A stretch of DNA of 63,105 nt, counting the filler, from Chiloscyllium plagiosum (lineage: Eukaryota): assembly GCF_004010195.1 (NCBI RefSeq). It is 3 parts of one record of this genome, joined end to end, with 100 filler letters (N's around TTAATTAATTAA, not from the genome) between each part and the next. Parts side by side here need not be neighbours in the genome. Positions count along the whole stretch, not along the records: positions 48,686 to 63,105 come from NC_057710.1; 2 more parts are not named here. One strand, given 5' to 3'. The translations under genes and the position numbers were made by a program. Below, piece after piece: positions 62,951 to 63,105 of the stretch. How positions within the stretch are numbered: position 1 is the first letter of the stretch; each line of letters begins with the position of its first letter. The notes under the pieces are model-generated. The model did no database searches and was not told where the DNA came from. It saw only the letters and a list, made by a program, of their open reading frames with translations.

Positions 62951-63105
62951 GGCACTAGACCATAGACAATAGGTGCAGGAGTAGGCCATTCTGCCCTTCG
63001 AGCCTGCACCGCCATTCAATATAATCATGGCTGATCATTCCTAATCAGTATCCTGTTCCTGCCTTATCTCCATAACCCTTGATTCCACTATCTTTGAGAG
63101 CTCTA

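Overview
Eukaryotic, repeat-dense genomic DNA, most likely from a cartilaginous fish (shark). The basis is the HE1/V-SINE-type SINEs, abundant CR1 LINE fragments and Penelope-like GIY-YIG elements. Two genes converge tail-to-tail. On + are the last three coding exons of a matrin-type zinc-finger gene, probably ZNF638 (18251-20846). On - are the last seven coding exons of ALMS1 with its C-terminal ALMS motif (46813-29783). Everything was reconstructed by eye from splice sites and reading phases. Highlights: (1) several short, often palindromic Penelope-derived insertions carrying minimal hammerhead-ribozyme motifs; (2) a Neptune-type Penelope nested in a Poseidon-type one; (3) an LTR end, tRNA-His PBS and splice donor from an ERV-like remnant; (4) an ALMS1 intron made almost entirely of three abutting tandem arrays (99 bp, ~19-20 bp, and a near-perfect 28 bp unit); (5) a possible decayed multi-exon gene at 52.8-59.5 kb. 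Two 100-bp gaps contain an artificial TTAATTAATTAA linker, so contiguity across 17879-17978 and 48586-48685 is not guaranteed. Repeat boundaries are approximate.
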